From positions 23,002,001 through 23,066,000 of the forward strand of contig NC_058382.1 of assembly GCF_018350175.1 (NCBI RefSeq): a stretch of DNA of 64,000 bases, in the 5' to 3' direction. The DNA comes from Felis catus (Eukaryota). Position 1 is the first letter of the stretch, and each line of letters starts with the position of its first letter. The notes under the pieces are model-generated. The model ran no database searches, was not told where the DNA came from, and worked only from the letters and a program-made list of their open reading frames with translations. A program made the translations under genes and the position numbers. Of this stretch, positions 1 through 10,745 are shown in pieces.

Positions 1-315
1 TGAAATATTGCTCAGAAATAAAATAGAAAACAGCTACTGATATGTATATCGGCACAGGTGAGTCTCAAAAACATTACACTGAACACACAAACAAAACCAT
101 TTAAATGAAGTCCAAAAACTGATGGTGATAGAAGTTAGAATCATGGTTACCTTGGCAGAGGGGTCAGTGACAGAAGACAGGATGGAAATTTTGAGTGATG
201 GAAATGCTCTAGATCTTGACCTGGGTGGTGGTTACACAGTGTATATGCAAGTTAAAATTCATTGAGCTGGACACTTGAGAAACCTTACTGGATATGTGTT
301 ATACTTTAAAAATGA
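1..315 (+). mobile_element. Ancient L1 (L1M class) 3' UTR fragment
   Basis: Old-L1 3' UTR motifs GATAGAAGTTAGAATCATGGTTACC, GATGGAAATGCTCTAGATCTTGACCTGGGTGGTGGTTACAC and AAAATTCATTGAGCTG, ending in an A-rich tail; truncated by the window edge. Confidence 0.7.
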
Positions 316-1039
316 TAAACCAAAATTCTAGTTGAAGACATGGCTTTGTGGCCTCTCACACAATCAGTAGGGGTCACCCTGTACCCCTGTGGATGTCTCC
401 AACCCCACTCCAAGCCCCCTGGAGCTCTTCTCTGAGATCCCAAGGGCCTGCCAGATAGCCCCCTCCCCATTCTCCAGGGAGAACTCCTGGGGACCCCTCA
501 CATCCTCAGTTTTGGCTATTGGTCTGGCAGTGTGGCCCATGGTACCAGGTCCTGGAGGGACAAGAAAACTCTGCCCCAAACCACTGTCCTGCATGGAGGC
601 CTCTCTCCAGCTAGTGATGCTGGCCACAATCTGCCAGGCTTCAGGCTCCCTGCCATGCTATTCAGAGTGGGGAACTTATGCCCTGGCATTTATTCCTCCT
701 CCCCTTCAGACCATGTGAGTCTACTATGGCCCCCTGGGGGTTGCCTTCCATTCCCTCCAGTGTGGCAGCAGGCAGTGGTGAGAGCACTTGGCCAGGTTTC
801 TGGGACTTCCAGGTCCATTGTCATTCACTTCCAGGTGGCAGGGCATCTGCAAACAGTCTGCACCCTCTGGAGCCAGGACTCATCCTGACCTGGTACCCAC
901 TGTGCCCGTTGTCTGACCTCAGCTTACTGAGCTCCCCATGAGGAGCGGTCAGGATGAGAATAAGTATACTCATTTTTAGGTAAAGAAACTGAGGCCCAAA
1001 GAAGTGACAGCTGCAAGGCCTCCCCGGCCTAGGGAGATC

Positions 1040-1235
1040 CTAGTTGAGAGATAAGTCTCCTAGGGGAAAGCGAGGCTGACAGACGAGGAGGGATAGTGTC
1101 CTGATTACCGAGCCTTGGATCCAGCAATGCCTGAAGCCATCCCTGGACTTTTCCATCAGTGGGACAACTCCCCCTATTTTGATTAAGTCAATTTGAGTTA
1201 GGTCTTGTTACTTATAACCACAGGTCCCTGACTGG
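1040..1235 (+). mobile_element. MLT1 (J/K-like) MaLR LTR, 3' part
   Basis: GAGCCTTGGATCCAGCAATGCCTGAAGCC...TGGACTTTTC...TTAAGTCAATTTGAGTTAGGTCTTGTTACTTATAACC resembles the recalled MLT1J/K LTR end. Confidence 0.55.
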
Positions 1236-1789
1236 CACAATAGTGTGTGTGGGGTGTCAGTGGTGGGCCACTCCTAGTGAGGCACAGAGAGGAGGAAGGT
1301 GTGGTTCCTGTTCCCAGGGACCTCACAGTCTCCAGGGCGTTTAGCTTAGGAAACGACAGCATCACCTAAGATGCAGCGAGTGGACAGGCTGTACTCTCCC
1401 AGGACCCTATCTGTGAGGAGGAAGTCCTCATGGAGCTCTGGGAATGGGGGGGTGGGCTCCAGAAGAGACTTGGTACAGCCTTCTGTGTGGATTGGCTGCT
1501 TCAGCCAGTCTCTGACTCCCATAGTCACGTCTCTATGTAGGGTCCTTCTTGCTGTGCTCTCAGGCCACTTCTTCAGAGCCACTGAGTGTGGGGATAGCAC
1601 ATAACAATGGGACAGTGGGCAGTCCCAGGACTTCTGCTAGGAGTTTCTGAGTCTCCTCTTCCCTAGCAGCCACCTTCACTGCCTCTGAGTGATGAAGCCC
1701 ATTATTTGTAGGGGGCCTTTTTGTAGCCTTTATGATGGGTCTCCCCATGGCTTTTCCTCACTGGACCCTAGTCATGGGGCCCTGGGTAT

Positions 1790-2349
1790 ACATAGGAGAG
1801 AACAGATACCTTCTGCCTTTGTAGAGGCTATGATCCAATGGGGAAACAGAGCATGAACAAGGGACAGCATGGCTAAAGAAAATAATTCAGATCCTAGGAT
1901 ATACCATGAAGGAAACAATCAGGGGTCATGTGACAGAAAACAATGGTGGTGGTGGGAAGGCTACTTTACACAAAGAAGTTAGGACAAGCCTTTCTGCGGA
2001 CATTTCAGCTGAGACTTCATTGATGAGAAAAGCTTGGGAAGAGAGTTCCAAGAAGATAGATTAGTACATGCAAAGGTCTTGAGGTGAAATTAAGTTTGAA
2101 GATTTTGTGGCATAGAAAGACCAACACGGCTGGGCCATGTGAATGAGGAGGAGGGGGAGCGATGAAGTGGGGAACTAGTGGGAAATGGGTCACACCAGGC
2201 CTTGTAAATCATAATAGGGAGAATACATTCAATCCACGTTATGGTAGAAATCCACAGGAGGGCATTAAGCAGGGGAGAAACATAGTTTGACCTGACTTTA
2301 TGAAAGATCATCCTGGTTTCTGTGTGGAGAATGCACTAGAGGAAGCAAG
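1790..2349 (-). mobile_element. L2 LINE fragment
   Basis: Antisense L2 motifs (GACATTTCAGCTGAGAC, TACATGCAAAGGTCTTGAGG, GACCTGACTTTATGAAAGATCATCCTGGTTTCTGTGTGGAGAAT); stops abruptly at about 2349. Confidence 0.7.
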
Positions 2350-2990
2350 TAGCCCCCATCCTGGGTGCAGTGGTCTTGGAAAGGGGCGAGGGTGACTTGG
2401 AGCCCAGGATGACAAGGATACCTTTGGAGAGGGGAGAACAGATTCTCGTCTTCCTTTTGAGCTGCATCCCCATCGATCTCATCTTTCTTTTCTTCTTCCC
2501 TGCACTCCTTCCTGCACAGTGGGCCAGCCCTGGGCTGGATGCTGGGCACAGCCAGAGCCCAGCTCCAGCTCCAGGAGCCCCACCCTGTGCATGAGCATCA
2601 CCATCACACCCAGCCCCAGGCAGTGGATTTCTTCAGCTAGACTCTCCCGCTAGTTGCACAACATGTTGTCGGAGGGAGACACTGTTGAAATCACAATGCT
2701 GAAGCTGTGGTAATAGCCTCCTCAANNNNNNNNNNNNNNNNNNNNNNNNNNNNNNNNNNNNNNNNNNNNNNNNNNNNNNNNNNNNNNNNNNNNNNNNNNN
2801 NNNNNNNNNNNNNNNNNNNNNNNNNNNNNNNNNNNNNNNNNNNNNNNNNNNNNNNNNNNNNNNNNNNNNNNNNNNNNNNNNNNNNNNNNNNNNNNNNNNN
2901 NNNNNGTCTTTTGCCATCGCCGCCCCCCCCCCCCCGCCCCCCACCAACCCTGAACTCTCTCCTTCTCTCTTTTTGGCTGCTCTTGACTTA
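2350..2990 (-). pseudogene. Candidate processed pseudogene (retrocopy) of an unidentified gene, core masked by Ns
   Basis: On the minus strand a GC-rich leader and strong Kozak context (GCGGCG ATG G, ATG at 2917-2915) encode MAKD, followed by 180 N and then coding-like sequence (one frame reads ...EEEKKDEIDGDAAQKEDENLFSPLQRYP...). No poly(A) or TSD found; parent not recognised. Confidence 0.4.
2726..2905. other. N-run (180 nt)
   Basis: Directly visible; begins exactly after codon 4 of the minus-strand MAKD frame. Confidence 0.99.
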
Positions 2991-3989
2991 TAATCAAATA
3001 TGAAATTCATGCATTTTTTAATAAGTTCTCGGCTGTTTTTGCCACTGAAAAATTCATGGCATTACGCAGTCCCTTTAAATAATGTTTATTCATTATACAT
3101 TTCTTATCTACATGTTTGGTGCTGTCTGCTCTTACCAACAAGCTTTGGCACTGTCTTGGAGGGTGTTGGGGCTGGTCTGGGGCCATCTTGGATAATGGGG
3201 GAAGGTCTGCCCTGGAGGCGTTGGTGGTTTCCTGGCAATCACAGCATTTGGGTAAGTAGCATTTCCTCCCTTGGGGTTTTACTGAGGCTAGTCTCTGCCA
3301 TGTGCTCTGTCTTACAATCATGTTTGTCATTCCCCACCTCCACACCCTTGCCCGCGCCTGTCCTCTCCTTTGGCAGTAGTATCTCCTTCCATTCTGCTTG
3401 ACTGTGAGCCAGACGTCTAGGCCCAGATCAAAAGCCACTTCCTCCAAGATGCCCTCCCCTCCCCATGGTTCTGTCCAAACTTTGGTCTTCCCCAGGTTGT
3501 GTGTGTTGCTGTTGTAACACTTTTCACACTTTGAGCCACAAATCCACGTTTCAATTCAGTGCTCACTTCCAGACCCTAGTGGGAGCCCCTTCGGTGGTAT
3601 AGAGTTAGGGCAGCATCCACAGCCACTGTTCTTTTTGGTCGGAATAAGCCCCCATGAGGCAGCCTTGCAAGATTCTTACTTCATTTCAGATATGCGAACT
3701 CAGCAGGAAGAAAGGTTTGCCTAATTAACCACCAGTAAGTGGATGAAGGAGGACAGCAGCCCAGGCACCCTGATTTCTGAGTAACAGAAATTATCATCCA
3801 CTGTCCCTGGATGGCCACTCTTTTTGAGACATGACACCCCTGCCTGAGGTTGAGGGGATCTTATTCTTGTTTCCACCTGGTCAGTTGGCTCTACTGTCAA
3901 ATACATCTGCACGTGTCCATTGCTGACCCCACTCCTGCCAGACATTAAGGTTCGCTGCTCCTTCTGCCCAGCTATCTGCTCCATTGGCC

Positions 3990-4240
3990 CCATGTCTTCA
4001 TTTAGTCCCAGCTTAAATGCCACCTCCTTCAAGAAGCCCTCCTTGACCACTCTTCCTGAAGGGCTCCCCAGTTACTCTGCTCCCTATCACTGAGGTTTAT
4101 TCTTCATCTGACATTATCTTGCTCATTTACTTGTTTAGCAGTTTGTGGTCTGTCTTTTCTACTAGAGCATAAGTCACACCAGGGGGGGGACCATGTCATC
4201 TTTCTTGACTGTGTACCCTCAGGACCTGCAGGAGTCTGCA
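3990..4240 (+). mobile_element. L2 3' fragment
   Basis: CAGCTTAAATGCCACCTCCTTCAAGAAGCCCTCCTTGACC and TTGCTCATTTACTTGTTT...CTAGAGCATAAG are typical L2 3' motifs. Confidence 0.6.
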
Positions 4241-4375
4241 CCCCAGATACCCTGCCGTGTCTTATGGCTGGATAAAGACCAGACTCCTCAGTGTGACCCA
4301 CAGAGGACATGTCTTCCGGCTTTGCCAAGGGTGCTAGATCCATTTCTCTCCAGATTTAAGCTGGGCCTGTAAGCA

Positions 4376-4431
4376 CAGTGTTGACCGATAGAAATGCGTT
4401 GCCAATGTGGGATTTAAATTTTTCTAGTAGC
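4376..4431 (+). mobile_element. MER33 (hAT-Charlie), left part, split by an L1
   Basis: CAGTGTTGACCGATAGAAAT matches the MER33/MER3-type terminal repeat, followed by AAATTTTTCTAGTAGC as in the recalled MER33 consensus. Confidence 0.7.
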
Positions 4432-5442
4432 AGATAAAAAGCTTCTGCACAGCAAAGGAAACAACCAACAAAACTAAAAGGCAACGAACGGAATGGGAAA
4501 AGATATTTGCAAATGACATATCGGACAAAGGGCTAGTATCCAAAATCTATAAAGAGCTCACCAAACTCCACACCCGAAAAACAAATAACCCAGTGAAGAN
4601 NNNNNNNNNNNNNNNNNNNNNNNNNNNNNNNNNNNNNNNNNNNNNNNNNNNNNNNNNNNNNNNNNNNNNNNNNNNNNNNNNNNNNNNNNNNNNNNNNNNN
4701 NNNNNNNNNNNNNNNNNNNNNNNNNNNNNNNCGCCAGTCAGAGTGGCCAAAATGAACAAATCAGGAGACTATAGATGCTGGAGAGGATGTGGAGAAACGG
4801 GAACCCTCTTGCACTGTTGGTGGGAATGCAAATTGGTGCAGCCGCTCTGGAAAGCAGTGTGGAGGTTCCTCAGAAAATTAAAAATAGACCTACCCTATGA
4901 CCCAGCAATAGCACTGCTAGGAATTTCCCCAAGGGATACAGGAGTACTGATGCATAGGGGCACTTGTACCCCAATGTTTATAGCAGCACTCTCAACAATA
5001 GCCAAATTGTGGAAAGAGCCTAAATGTCCATCAACTGATGAATGGATAAAGAAATTGTGGTTTATATACACAATGGAATACTATGTGGCAATGAGAAAGA
5101 ATGAAATATGGCCTTTTGTAGCAACGTGGATGGAACTGGAGAGTGTGATGCTAAGTGAAATAAACCATACAGAGAAAGACAGATACCATGTGGTTTCACT
5201 CTTATGTGGATCCTGAGAAACTTAACAGAAACCCATGGGGGAGGGGAAGGAAAAAAAAAAAAGTTAGAGTGGGAGAGAGCCAAAGCATAAGAGACTGTTA
5301 AAAACTGAGAAAAACTGAGGGTTGATGGGGGGTGGGAGGGAGGAGAGGGTGGGTGATGGGTATTGAGGAGGACACCTTTTGGGATGAGCACTGGGTATTA
5401 TATGGAAACCAATTTGACAATAAATTTCACATATTGAAAAAA
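4432..5442 (+). mobile_element. Young 5'-truncated felid L1 (L1_Fc-type): ORF2 C-terminus, 3' UTR and short A tail
   Basis: Open frame 4434-5216 (IKSFCTAKE...[18 protein letters not shown]...SLLCGS*) with the L1 ORF2 CCHC motif; felid-type G-rich 3' UTR; AATAAA at 5419; TSD AAATTTTT(+T4)CTAGTAGC at 4416-4431 and 5441-5460. Confidence 0.95.
4600..4731. other. N-run (132 nt) inside L1 ORF2
   Basis: Directly visible; the ORF2 reading frame is the same on both sides (NNPVK...TPVRVAK). Confidence 0.99.
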
Positions 5443-5460
5443 ATTTTTTTTTCTAGTAGC

Positions 5461-5610
5461 TATGTTTAAAAAAGTGGAAAGTAACAGGAGATGTTAATTT
5501 TCATAATATACTTTCCCTAACCTAAGAGTCGAAATGTTATCATTTCACCATATAATCAACACAAAAAAAATTTATCAATGAGGTATTTTCCATTCTTTTT
5601 TCTGTGCTCA
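5461..5610 (+). mobile_element. MER33, right part
   Basis: TTAAAAAAGTGGAAAGTAACAGGAGATGTTAATTTTCATAAT...TTATCATTTCACCATATAATCAA...AATGAGGTATTTTCCATTCTTTTT continues the MER33 consensus from the L1 breakpoint. Confidence 0.7.
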
Positions 5611-6684
5611 CGCACACTCAGTCTGAAGGATTAAGACACTGGGCCTTACCGGGAACTCAGCTGTGCTCTGGAAGGATTAAAACAAGATGGTAGGGCTTGG
5701 CTGGTCAAGGTCAGTGGCTATGTACTTGGAGGCCCTGCTGGTGTGAAGCGGTCGTCAGCTACTCTGCAAATCAGTGGAGTCCTGCTGCCCCTGTGCAAAC
5801 ACTCAGCCACCCTCCCCCACTGGACACTCTGTAGACCCAGAGCAAAGGGGAGGGGCATGTCCCTGGCCCAACCCAGGATTCTTGAAGGCTGTGCTTTCAG
5901 ACATTTGATCCGGCTTCTACTTTCTAGGCTCCTCATCAGGAGGTCTCTGACTGCCCCCACGGGACATCTTTCTTCTCCAGGGAGAGTGATGGGGGTGAGG
6001 GTGAGGCAAACCCACTGAGTGATTTGCAGAACACCATAGGCACCTGTCACAGCCTGAGGACTCAGAGCCACCCACTGCTCCCACCATAGCCTGGGCTGAC
6101 AGGAAGGGCATCACCCCCTGGAAGAGATTTGTCATCAGGGGCTGGGGAGGTCCAGCCTGGTTGTAAGGGCTGTCTGCCCCTGTGCCCTTGGCCCTCAACA
6201 CAGTACCCAAGGGTGAGGGTGGTGAGACTAGGTCCTAGTGCATCCAGCTTGACTTCTCACCCAGGGAAGGTGCTCGCCACCTGTTCCCAGCCTGTGAGAA
6301 GCTAGGGACACATAGCCTGACCCCACGGAACTCCCAGGATAGGGGGGCAGTGGGCAGGTTGGAGGCATGAAGGCAAAGAGGGCTGTGGCAGGAGATGTCT
6401 GCTGCTCCTATAGGGATATCGCTGGAACTTTTTGGAAGTGGCATTGAGTTGGCCAGGAAAGGGCTTTTGGCTGGGCAGATAGGCTCCTCCCTAGTGACTG
6501 GGTTTCAGCTAGTTGATGCCAACCATACGGGCACCCTCTGGCTAGGCTAGGCTGGGCTGGGCCTGGGGCTGGGCTTACTGCCACCCTCCTACTGGAAACA
6601 CCACTCAGGTCCCAGGCAGAGGCTGGGAGAGGACAAGAGAGACAATCAGATGGGAAAGTTGGGGTAATACGAAAAGACATTTTA

Positions 6685-6687
<3 letters not shown>

Positions 6688-6724
<37 letters not shown>
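6688..6724 (+). repeat. (GA)n microsatellite, about 18 units
   Basis: Uninterrupted GA repeat seen directly. Confidence 0.98.
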
Positions 6725-6727
<3 letters not shown>

Positions 6728-9649
6728 ACACACTTGTACTGTCGGCAAGGAACCAGAAAGCAGAAGGCTGAGAGAGCCCTGTGTGGCTCTGGAGCAGGAT
6801 GTGGCTTCCTCCAGACCCCTGGGCCCTGCACTGCTGCAAGAAGCAGAATTCCTCCAGTCCTGACTGCAGTCCCGCTCCATCCCAGAGCCCGGCTTGATTT
6901 TTTAGCAAAGATATTTGAGGAAGGGAGAGAGCACTGACCAGGAGTACCATGATGAACCTGCTCTCATCCTGCTGCTAACACTTTGATGTCCTTAAGCAAG
7001 CAGCCCTCCATCCCAGAGCTGAGGTTTTCTCCCCTACACTCGGTAAATAAAGAACTTGCCTTGTCCACCACCCAGACCTGTGAAGAAGATAAAATTAAGT
7101 ACTAGATGCAGAAGAATTTTGCAAAGGGTACAGCACCTTGTAAGTGTGAGTGATGGGGGCAGGCTTGTAAACATGGCTGTGGGCTGGCTAATTCTCTTCT
7201 TATTTGCGAGGCTGGGTGATTGCCTGCACTTGGCTTCTGAAGGGACCAAATGCAGGCTTTTTTGTCTGACTCCCAGGAGTCAAAGCGGCCTTTAGTCCTT
7301 AACTGCAAATTTGGGAGCCCAAGTGGGATATTTCAAAAATTGCCAAGTGGATTTGTGCAGAGAGCACTGCATCGAGGGGAAATCTCTGTATAGTTCTGTT
7401 CTCATGAGGACACAAGAAGTGTCATCAAGACAAAATACCGTGAGGATATACAGTCAGTTTTCAGCAGTGTCTCGGGGGGTGTCGGGGTGACAGTTACAGG
7501 CTGTTTATGGTGGCGCCACTAGACAAGTAGGCATACATCACGGGCACTTAATTTTCCAGAAAAGTACCTACTGTGGAGGCTATAAACCCAGTACACTCCT
7601 GGAAGAATTATCACATGAGGATAGTGTCTTATCAGAGATGTGATGAGGCATTCAACAATGATGCTGCAGCCAAAAAGCAAAAAGAAAGAAAAAAAATGCC
7701 TTAAAACAACTCTTGTAATAGCGGGGATAGAAGGGAAGCAATTAAGATTCTGCTGCAATTTTTATAAGATGTCTCCTCCAGTTAACGACACAAGATGTTT
7801 ACTGCTGACAATTGTTGACATTAATGTGCATCCAGGGTTATATGGACCCCGCTCTCAGGCACAGAAGTCTTTTAATTATTGACACACAGCAATTTGGAAA
7901 GCCTGAGGATTCTCGCAACACATCCACAGCCACAGGCTCCGTTGTGTCTAGGCAATTGGAGTGGTTTTAGCAACTGCATTTGGCTCTGCAGGCTTAGCCT
8001 GCTTTATCTTTAATATCAGATTTGGAAGAGGAGGTAATGGGTGACTGTGAGGCAGCAGCCAGGGCAGAGCTGTTTGGCAGAGTATCTGGAATGCATTCTC
8101 GGGCAAGGCTGCTTCCAGGGAAGGAAAGGTGGCCTTGCTGGGTCACCATTTTCCAAAGTGGCTTTCCTTGACCCCTGGTCCTGACACATGCTCTGAGAAG
8201 TGTTCTGCGGTCATCTAGTTTGGGAAACACTGCACTTGATGGCTCTCCCTGCAGAGTTGTATATATACCACACAGTGAAGGCCCTGAGAAGTCCCGTGGT
8301 AGATACTTGTTCAATTTCTTTTAATCCACCCTTTCCCACATTTTCTTGATGGCGGAATCACATCGCACCCTTCCACCCACCCTGGGTAGCATGTGCCAGA
8401 ACATTCTGTAGAAGTAGGAGCTCTGAGGCACAAACTTTGGGAAAGGCCTCCCTAGGGTTCCTGGTATCAGGCTGGGCCCAGTTACTAAACAGCAGCATTC
8501 CTGAGAGCTTGCAGTGTGTGGGTCCTGTGCCTCAGCTCTCAGGGACCTCATTCTCCACTGGCTCCTTCATTCCAGCCTGGGATGCACAAACACGTGAGTC
8601 AGAGGATGGGGTGGGCAACCTCTCACGTGACCTCTGTGCCAAGGCAGAGGCTTGGCTGGGGCACAGCTGCTTTGTGGCCTAGTGGGGTAGGGTTCCTATG
8701 GTCCTGTACCCCCAGTCCTAGGGCTGAGCGTGGTGTTCTGAGGGTGGCATTAACTCTATGCTAACTCCTTCCTGTGCCATGCACCATCTGACTGTGTTTA
8801 GCCTCCAGAATGCCCCTGGAGTGCTTCGTGACCCATACATACCCTACCCTCTCATTGTAGGCCACCATGGACATCTGCTTTGCCTGCTCACCAGTGAATT
8901 CTCTCTTCTGGTAACACACCCTGATTTTCCTCTGGGAGCTGCCCTCTCCTACTCTCAGCCCATGTGTTTCAGGTGGGTGTGACCCTGGCTCTCCATCTGA
9001 GTCTGGGATGGCCATGTGGCCCAGGCCTGGAAAATCAGTTCAGTACCTCCCCGGCCACAGTCGGGTGTGCACCTGACCTGAGTTGGGCCACCAAAAGAGG
9101 CTGTGTCCTGCTAGGTTTCCCCAGAAGCAGACCTGGAGATGAGAATCTGAGTGCACAGAATTGGCTTTGGAGTTGATCCAGGAAGTGCAGGTGGGGATGA
9201 GAAGTGAGTGAAGGGAAAGAAGATAGTAAGCAGGTTTCTGCTGTGGGTAACTGGGCTCGGTGGCTCTGGGAAGCTCTGGGAGATGCTGTGGAACATGCTT
9301 CAGAGTGGCACTGATGGAAGGGTGGGGAACCAGCTATTCATCCACCAGCTCCTGGGCACATTTCATGAAGGCTGCTCCTGGGCTCATTTGATTCAGGACC
9401 CTTCTGCTCTGCACTGCTCTGCTCTGGGCACTGGCCTAGCACGCTCCTGTGAGCAGAGACTGCCTGTGGGTGCAGTTGCAGAGGTTGGCATGGGCTAAAT
9501 GGTGAATGACGGGTGGGAGTGAGTAGGCACCTTAGCACCATGCCTGTTTCCCCAACACCTACGGAACCTAAGCCACCTTGCCTGGCCTTCCTTCTTGTGA
9601 GGCTGCCACCATGTCCCCTTTTTGTCTTTTCAGGGTGTGTTCTGGATTT

Positions 9650-10745
9650 CTTTATCCCTCTAGGAACTGTGTTTTACAACCAGCCCTTCTGACACCAAGT
9701 GCGTGGGTTGTTCTCCCTAGCACACCAACCAATCCCCCATTTCTCCAGATGCCAATTAGGGGCCCTACAACTCCATTCCAGTCTCATACTAACTACCTGG
9801 AGTCAGCGCAGGCCCAACAGGATAAGAGCTCACTCCCGTGAGACTGCGTTCACTTCAGATGCCAGTCACAAGTCCTGGGCCACGTGGATGTCTGACCAGT
9901 AGGCTATGAATTGTGAGTTCCCAAAACCACCTTCCGGGGTTTGAAAATTTGGTTGACTGACTCACAGAACTCAAGGAAGTGCTTTACTTACTGCCAATGG
10001 TTTGTTATAAAAGATGCAACTTGGGAACAGCTAAGTGGAAGAGATACGGAGGATGAGGTGTGGGGGAGGGGCAGGGAGCATCCATCCACTCCAGCATGTC
10101 AACCCTGCAAGTGCGTGGATGCTTACACCAATTGGGAAATTCTTTAACCACTCCATTTAGGTTTTTTGTTTTCTTTTTTTGTTTGTTTTTTTATTTTCTG
10201 TTTTTTTTTTTAATTTTTTTTAATGTTTATACATTTTTTGAGAAAGAGACACAGAGCAAGCAGGGAAGGAGCAGAGAGAGGAGGAGACACAGAATCCGAA
10301 GCAGGCTCCAGGCTTTGAGCTGTCAGCACAGAGCCTGATGCGGGGCTCGAACTCGCGAACCGTGAGATCATGACCTGAGCTGAAGTCGGACACTTAACCA
10401 ACTGAGTCCCCCCAGGTACCTCTGTTTTCTGTTTTTTAATGGAGGTTCCACTGTATAGGCATGATTGAGCAAATCACTGGCCATTGGTGACAAACTTAAT
10501 TTATAGTTTCCTCCCCTTCTGGGAAGTGTGCGGGAGGGGAAAAAAAAAAAGCTGAAATTTCTAGCTGTCTAATCATGCCTTGGTCTTTCTTGGCCAGCCC
10601 CCCATCCTGAAGTCATCTAAGGACCCCCAAGTCCTCATTAGCATATAAAAGACACTCTTACCACTCAGAAGATCCCCAAAGTTTTAGGAGCTGTGTGCCA
10701 CCAACCTGGGACAAAGACCCAGTTAAGTTCCAGTCTGTGATGCAC
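9650..10745 (-). mobile_element. MER21-family solo LTR interrupted by a Can-SINE
   Basis: The reverse complement has TGGCACACAGCTCCTAAAAC...AAGAGTGTCTTTTATATGCTAATGAG and AAGACCAAGGCATGATTAGA, and ends near TTGGTGTCAGAAG, all as in recalled MER21. Confidence 0.75.
10162..10422 (-). mobile_element. Can-SINE (SINEC_Fc type)
   Basis: Antisense tRNA-derived head with B box (GGGCTCGAACTC), felid TGCTGACAGCTCA...GCCTGGAGCCTGCTTCGGATTCTGTGTCTCC core, (CT)-rich tract, and a long compound T tail at 10162-10220. Confidence 0.95.

Noticed and set aside
2906-2917. IFT20, TFDP1, HDAC3 or NECAP as parent of the MAKD insert
   Set aside because: They match at the first residues or in one short motif, but the sequence after the N-run does not match my recollection of these proteins at the identity expected of a retrocopy.
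7994-8130. Minus-strand peptide ECIPDTLPNSSALAAASQSPITSSSKSDIKDKAG* as a possible terminal exon
   Set aside because: Looks protein-like, but I recognise no homologue and could not define a convincing acceptor or partner exons.
8862-8885. REST/NRSE-like CACCATGGACA, and several CTCF-like words elsewhere (e.g. 15663, 22520)
   Set aside because: Only half-sites or several mismatches to the core consensus.
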